DNA of 64,000 nt. It comes from an uncultured Gammaproteobacteria bacterium. Its GTDB lineage: Bacteria > Pseudomonadota > Gammaproteobacteria > CAWCPV01. Position numbers and translations under genes: made by a program. The notes beneath the pieces are model-generated. The model was not told where the DNA came from. It saw only the letters and a program-made list of their open reading frames with translations, and did no database searches. Shown piece by piece: positions 60,766 to 64,000 of this stretch. Each line of letters opens with the position of its first letter. Position 1 is the first letter of the stretch. The stretch spans positions 1 to 64,000 of the forward strand of contig CAWCPV010000020.1 in the NCBI GenBank assembly GCA_963797555.1. The letters run 5' to 3'.

Positions 60766-62225
60766 TACGCGGCCTCCAGCCTTGCCTTGCCTTCGATCCA
60801 GGCGCCCTGGTCCGACCATTGGATTTCGCCATCGAAAAACCCATGTCCTTTGCCTGCGCCACCTCCCAGGGCGAGCCGCCCGACGCACAGATCTTGGAGA
60901 GCACACCGTAGTGCCTTGCGCGCTGTATCCGGGGCGCCGCCCGTATCGATGGTGACTTGAAGCTCAATGCCCTTGCCCCAAACCAGTTCCTCCATGAACA
61001 GCATGTGTTCCCGCACCCCGCCGGTGAACCGATCGATAGCGTTGTGCATCATGAGCTGGAGGTCTTCCTTCCGGAACGCTACGAAGGTGTCGTCGATGAA
61101 GACCCGGCCGGCTCGGCCTCTCTCGTCTTCTCGCGCGTGTTCCTTGCCGTCGCGGGCATAGCCGAAGAGCGCCCGCACTTCTGGACAGCGATCCGACTTG
61201 TCGTAGCTGACGAGGTCTTCCATCTCGTTTGCCCAGCGCCCGGCCAGGCGATTGGCGTGGAAGGCCACCCGGTGTGCGATCGCTCCCTTGACCGAGGAGG
61301 CGGGGATCAGCAGTTGGGCGGCAATCGGCTCGGCTTTATTGTCGTTCCAGATCACCCGCTGCTCCAACTTGGGCAGCAGGTCTGCCGGCTTGCCCTCGCT
61401 GTCCCTTCTAGTGGGCGTATCGCCCTGGCCGATGCGCCAGAAGGCTCGGGGTTTCAATTTGAGTGTGGCGATCACGAAGCGAGTGACGGTATCCGTGCCT
61501 GCTCGGCCGGGGTTCACCTCGCTCAACCCCGTGGTATTGTCAAGCCTGCGCGACTGGGCGGCAAAGCGGCGCCGTCCCTCTGCTGTTCGGAGGTTGAACT
61601 GACCTGAGTGCACCCGAACGACCCTTAGCCGACCGAGTCCGGCCCGAACCGCACCACCCAGGCGAAACACGGGATGGGCCAGCAGGTCCAGCAACTGGTT
61701 CCAACGTAGATCGTCCGCCCGGTCGCTCCACAGAGACAGCTCAGTGCTGAAGCGGTAGCCGGCCGGCAACACGGCTCGGTCGAACTTGCCGGTGTCGGTC
61801 GCCGCGCCCCGGTGGCCGATGCGCACCCGGTCACGATGGACAGGCGCAGCTTCCGCCTCGTAGGCAGCGCGCAGTAGGGCATCGGTTTCCAACCGCTCAC
61901 GGTCCCGCCCGGGCAGCAAGCCCTCCACAGGGCGTCCCTGGCTGTCCTGGATGGCTCCCCAGGACACATGCAGCCGCGACGGCTCGCCTTCGTCCTTCTC
62001 CTGAAAACCGAACAGCGCTTGCATTGACGCCTTATCGTGCAGGTCCCAAAAAAGATGCCGCAACACCCCGGCAAGCGCGGAACCCGGCAGGGCTGGAAAG
62101 CCGTTGGCGTCCCGCACCAGAATCACATCGAACACCCCGTCTGCGCCGCCCGCAGCGATGGACAGGGGCGTGGCCGCTTCGAGGGTTATGCGTGCCAGGT
62201 AGTAGTGGGGAACGTTGGGGGTCAT
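60765..62225 (-). CDS. Type III-D double Cas7 (Csm3-Csm3) fusion
   Basis: Two RAMP modules: TPLSI..LPGSALAGVLR..GGAVRAGLG, and IPASSVKGAI..NAIDRFTGG..GGGAGKGHG. Confidence 0.88.
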   Translation of the reverse strand: MTPNVPHYYLARITLEAATPLSIAAGGADGVFDVILVRDANGFPALPGSALAGVLRHLFWDLHDKASMQALFGFQEKDEGEPSRLHVSWGAIQDSQGRPVEGLLPGRDRERLETDALLRAAYEAEAAPVHRDRVRIGHRGAATDTGKFDRAVLPAGYRFSTELSLWSDRADDLRWNQLLDLLAHPVFRLGGAVRAGLGRLRVVRVHSGQFNLRTAEGRRRFAAQSRRLDNTTGLSEVNPGRAGTDTVTRFVIATLKLKPRAFWRIGQGDTPTRRDSEGKPADLLPKLEQRVIWNDNKAEPIAAQLLIPASSVKGAIAHRVAFHANRLAGRWANEMEDLVSYDKSDRCPEVRALFGYARDGKEHAREDERGRAGRVFIDDTFVAFRKEDLQLMMHNAIDRFTGGVREHMLFMEELVWGKGIELQVTIDTGGAPDTARKALRCALQDLCVGRLALGGGAGKGHGFFDGEIQWSDQGAWIEGKARLEAA

Positions 62226-63748
62226 CGGCGGGTCTCCTGTTTAATGACGGCCATCACCTCGCGCGCCAGCAGTTGAACGAAACGGGGGTCCGGCTCGGTG
62301 CCGAGGACCTCACGCAGCCAAGCGGCGAAGCTGCGGGTGGGATGATTTCGGTCGTCCCAGTGCTCGTCACTCCAGCCGGGCGCGGAGGGCTTGCAGACGC
62401 CGTTGTTCTCGTCGAATAGTTTCCGGGCCAAGTCTCCGCGCGCGGCCTTGGCCTCTGCCAGTGCGCTGCCCCACTGACTCGCCGAGGGACCGATCTCCGC
62501 CCTGTCCGCTAGACCCTTGAGACGGCGGGCTGAGCCGAGCAGTGCTCGGTATTCGTGGGCGAGCTCGCGCGCACGGGTAGCGCTATCTTGGCGGACCGAC
62601 TGACTCTTCCATCGTTCCTCCAACCACTCGACGAGCGGGCTGACCGGACGTTGTGGCTTTGCAGGTTCTGCGGCAGCCTTCGCCGGTGTGGCGAAGTGTG
62701 GCTGCTCGGTCGCCAGCAATGGCGAGTCAAGCGAAACCTGTCCCAGACCTGCCTCCCGGTGGGCGCCGAGTCCGGCGGCAATGCGTGCTCGCTCCATCTC
62801 GTTGAGTGAGCGTTCGAGCTGAAAAACTAGGACGCTGCCTTGGGCGAGCACCTGGCGTTCCAGATCCGGCCCGCCTCGGTGAGCATTCCAAGGGGAGTAG
62901 CGGCGCACCCGCACGAAGCTCTTATTCGCCAGCAGATCGCCCCGTGGCAGGCCCAGCGACTCTGGTCGCGGCGTCAGGGTGGGCTGACCGAAGTCGTCCA
63001 GGGCGGCCAAGTCAGAGAGCAGCCACATGATTGTCTCCTTCATCTTGGCCCCATCTCCGAGTGGGAGAGGAAGGTCCAGTGCCGCTCCAGGATCAGCCAC
63101 GATTTCTCGGATCTCGACACCGGCACGGCCGTACTCGGCACTCCGGGAGCGGCCTAGAAGGACCTCTTGCATCAGTACCTCTCCAAGCTTGTCAAGCAGC
63201 CCGTCGGAAACGTCAGCATCGGCGGTAACCCGTGAGGCGAAACGCTGCCCCGCCGAGAGGGAGTCGTAGCCGAACAGGGCCGCCTCACGGGCCCTGCCGG
63301 TCGTCGGGTCAATGGCGGTCTTGAGGCGCAACGCCTGGGTGGGCACGCATAGCTCTCCGCCAGCCGTGACATAGCCTCGCCGCAATTGCTGTGGTTGGTG
63401 CCCGTGAGGAAGTTCGTCCAGCAGCCCCAGGTGCCAGATGCGCTCGCCGACGAGCCGGCCACCTTCCTCTGCGCGCTCACCCTTGATATGGTGCCAGCAG
63501 AACGGCACGGGCCAGGCGCGTTCACCGTCCTCGGCGATAGGCAGGCCGTTGCCGAAACGGACCCTGCCGGAGTGAAACAGCAGAAAGGCATCCACAGTCG
63601 GGAGCGTGCGGTAGAGCTGTGCCGCGGCAGCGCCGAGGATGGCGCCTCCCGGAATGTAATCGAGTCCGCGATGCCCCCCCTCAGTGGCGGCCCGCTCACT
63701 GAAGACGCAGTCGTCCTTCAAGGTCAGGAACAGGTCGAAACCCTTCAC
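62222..63748 (-). CDS. csx10: Csx10 (Cas7-Cas5) with C-terminal Cas11-like helical extension
   Basis: LDYIPGGAILG, TAIDPTTGRA, LGRSRSAEYG, GLGAHREAGLG; C-terminal PSASQWG helical domain. Confidence 0.82.
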   Translation of the reverse strand: MKGFDLFLTLKDDCVFSERAATEGGHRGLDYIPGGAILGAAAAQLYRTLPTVDAFLLFHSGRVRFGNGLPIAEDGERAWPVPFCWHHIKGERAEEGGRLVGERIWHLGLLDELPHGHQPQQLRRGYVTAGGELCVPTQALRLKTAIDPTTGRAREAALFGYDSLSAGQRFASRVTADADVSDGLLDKLGEVLMQEVLLGRSRSAEYGRAGVEIREIVADPGAALDLPLPLGDGAKMKETIMWLLSDLAALDDFGQPTLTPRPESLGLPRGDLLANKSFVRVRRYSPWNAHRGGPDLERQVLAQGSVLVFQLERSLNEMERARIAAGLGAHREAGLGQVSLDSPLLATEQPHFATPAKAAAEPAKPQRPVSPLVEWLEERWKSQSVRQDSATRARELAHEYRALLGSARRLKGLADRAEIGPSASQWGSALAEAKAARGDLARKLFDENNGVCKPSAPGWSDEHWDDRNHPTRSFAAWLREVLGTEPDPRFVQLLAREVMAVIKQETRR

Positions 63749-64000
63749 GACGCACCCTCCAGGGTCAGAACGGCTCGCCCGAGCCCACGCGAGCGACGTG
63801 CCCCCACTCCCTGCACCAGCGGCAACGCCATCTTGACCAATTCCGGCCAGCGCGACGCCAGATCAGCATAGCGAGCGCCAAGCACGATATGCACCTGCGC
63901 GTACAGGGTGAGGGGCACCACCATCTCGATGCCACGCAGGGTCTTCTCCCTGGCGGTGCCCGTCTCGTGCTCGATCCCGGTACTAAAATGGCTGCGATAG
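63745..64000 (-). CDS. csm3: Cas7/Csm3 RAMP, C-terminal part (runs off the right edge)
   Basis: STGIEHETGTAREKTLRGIE...VGARRSRGLG glycine-rich loop; stop overlaps the csx10 GTG. Confidence 0.8.
   Translation of the reverse strand, partial: YRSHFSTGIEHETGTAREKTLRGIEMVVPLTLYAQVHIVLGARYADLASRWPELVKMALPLVQGVGARRSRGLGRAVLTLEGAS

Overview
High-GC bacterial (probably proteobacterial) window with four blocks. (1) 1-7.8 kb: Tat metallophosphoesterase, ECF sigma/anti-sigma pair, putP, psiF-like gene, a brxL scrap and IS1380/ISAzo13 debris. (2) 7.9-26.7 kb: extracellular electron transfer island with a partial T2SS (gspDEFGH), an MtrC/OmcA-type decaheme lipoprotein and a second ~9-heme lipoprotein, divergent from mtrA-mtrB, which are followed by flavocytochrome c sulfide dehydrogenase (fccAB) and a DUF302 gene. 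(3) 27-46 kb: aceBAK, ppsA, gltA, an M1 peptidase, a Fur-boxed cupredoxin plus FTR1-beta-barrel fusion, and vapBC, interspersed with a MITE family. (4) 47-64 kb: type III-D CRISPR-Cas locus. Its adaptation operon reads unknown membrane/coiled-coil gene, unknown helical gene, cas2, cas2, cas1, stand-alone reverse transcriptase, and precedes a ~32-repeat array. Then come a TM-CARF effector, Crn2 (DUF1874), a TA pair, a Cami1-like CARF-RelE, Csx16 and the RAMP genes; cas10 and cas6 are not in the window. Many single-base frameshifts suggest residual assembly errors. All calls come from motif recognition by eye; no database search was run.
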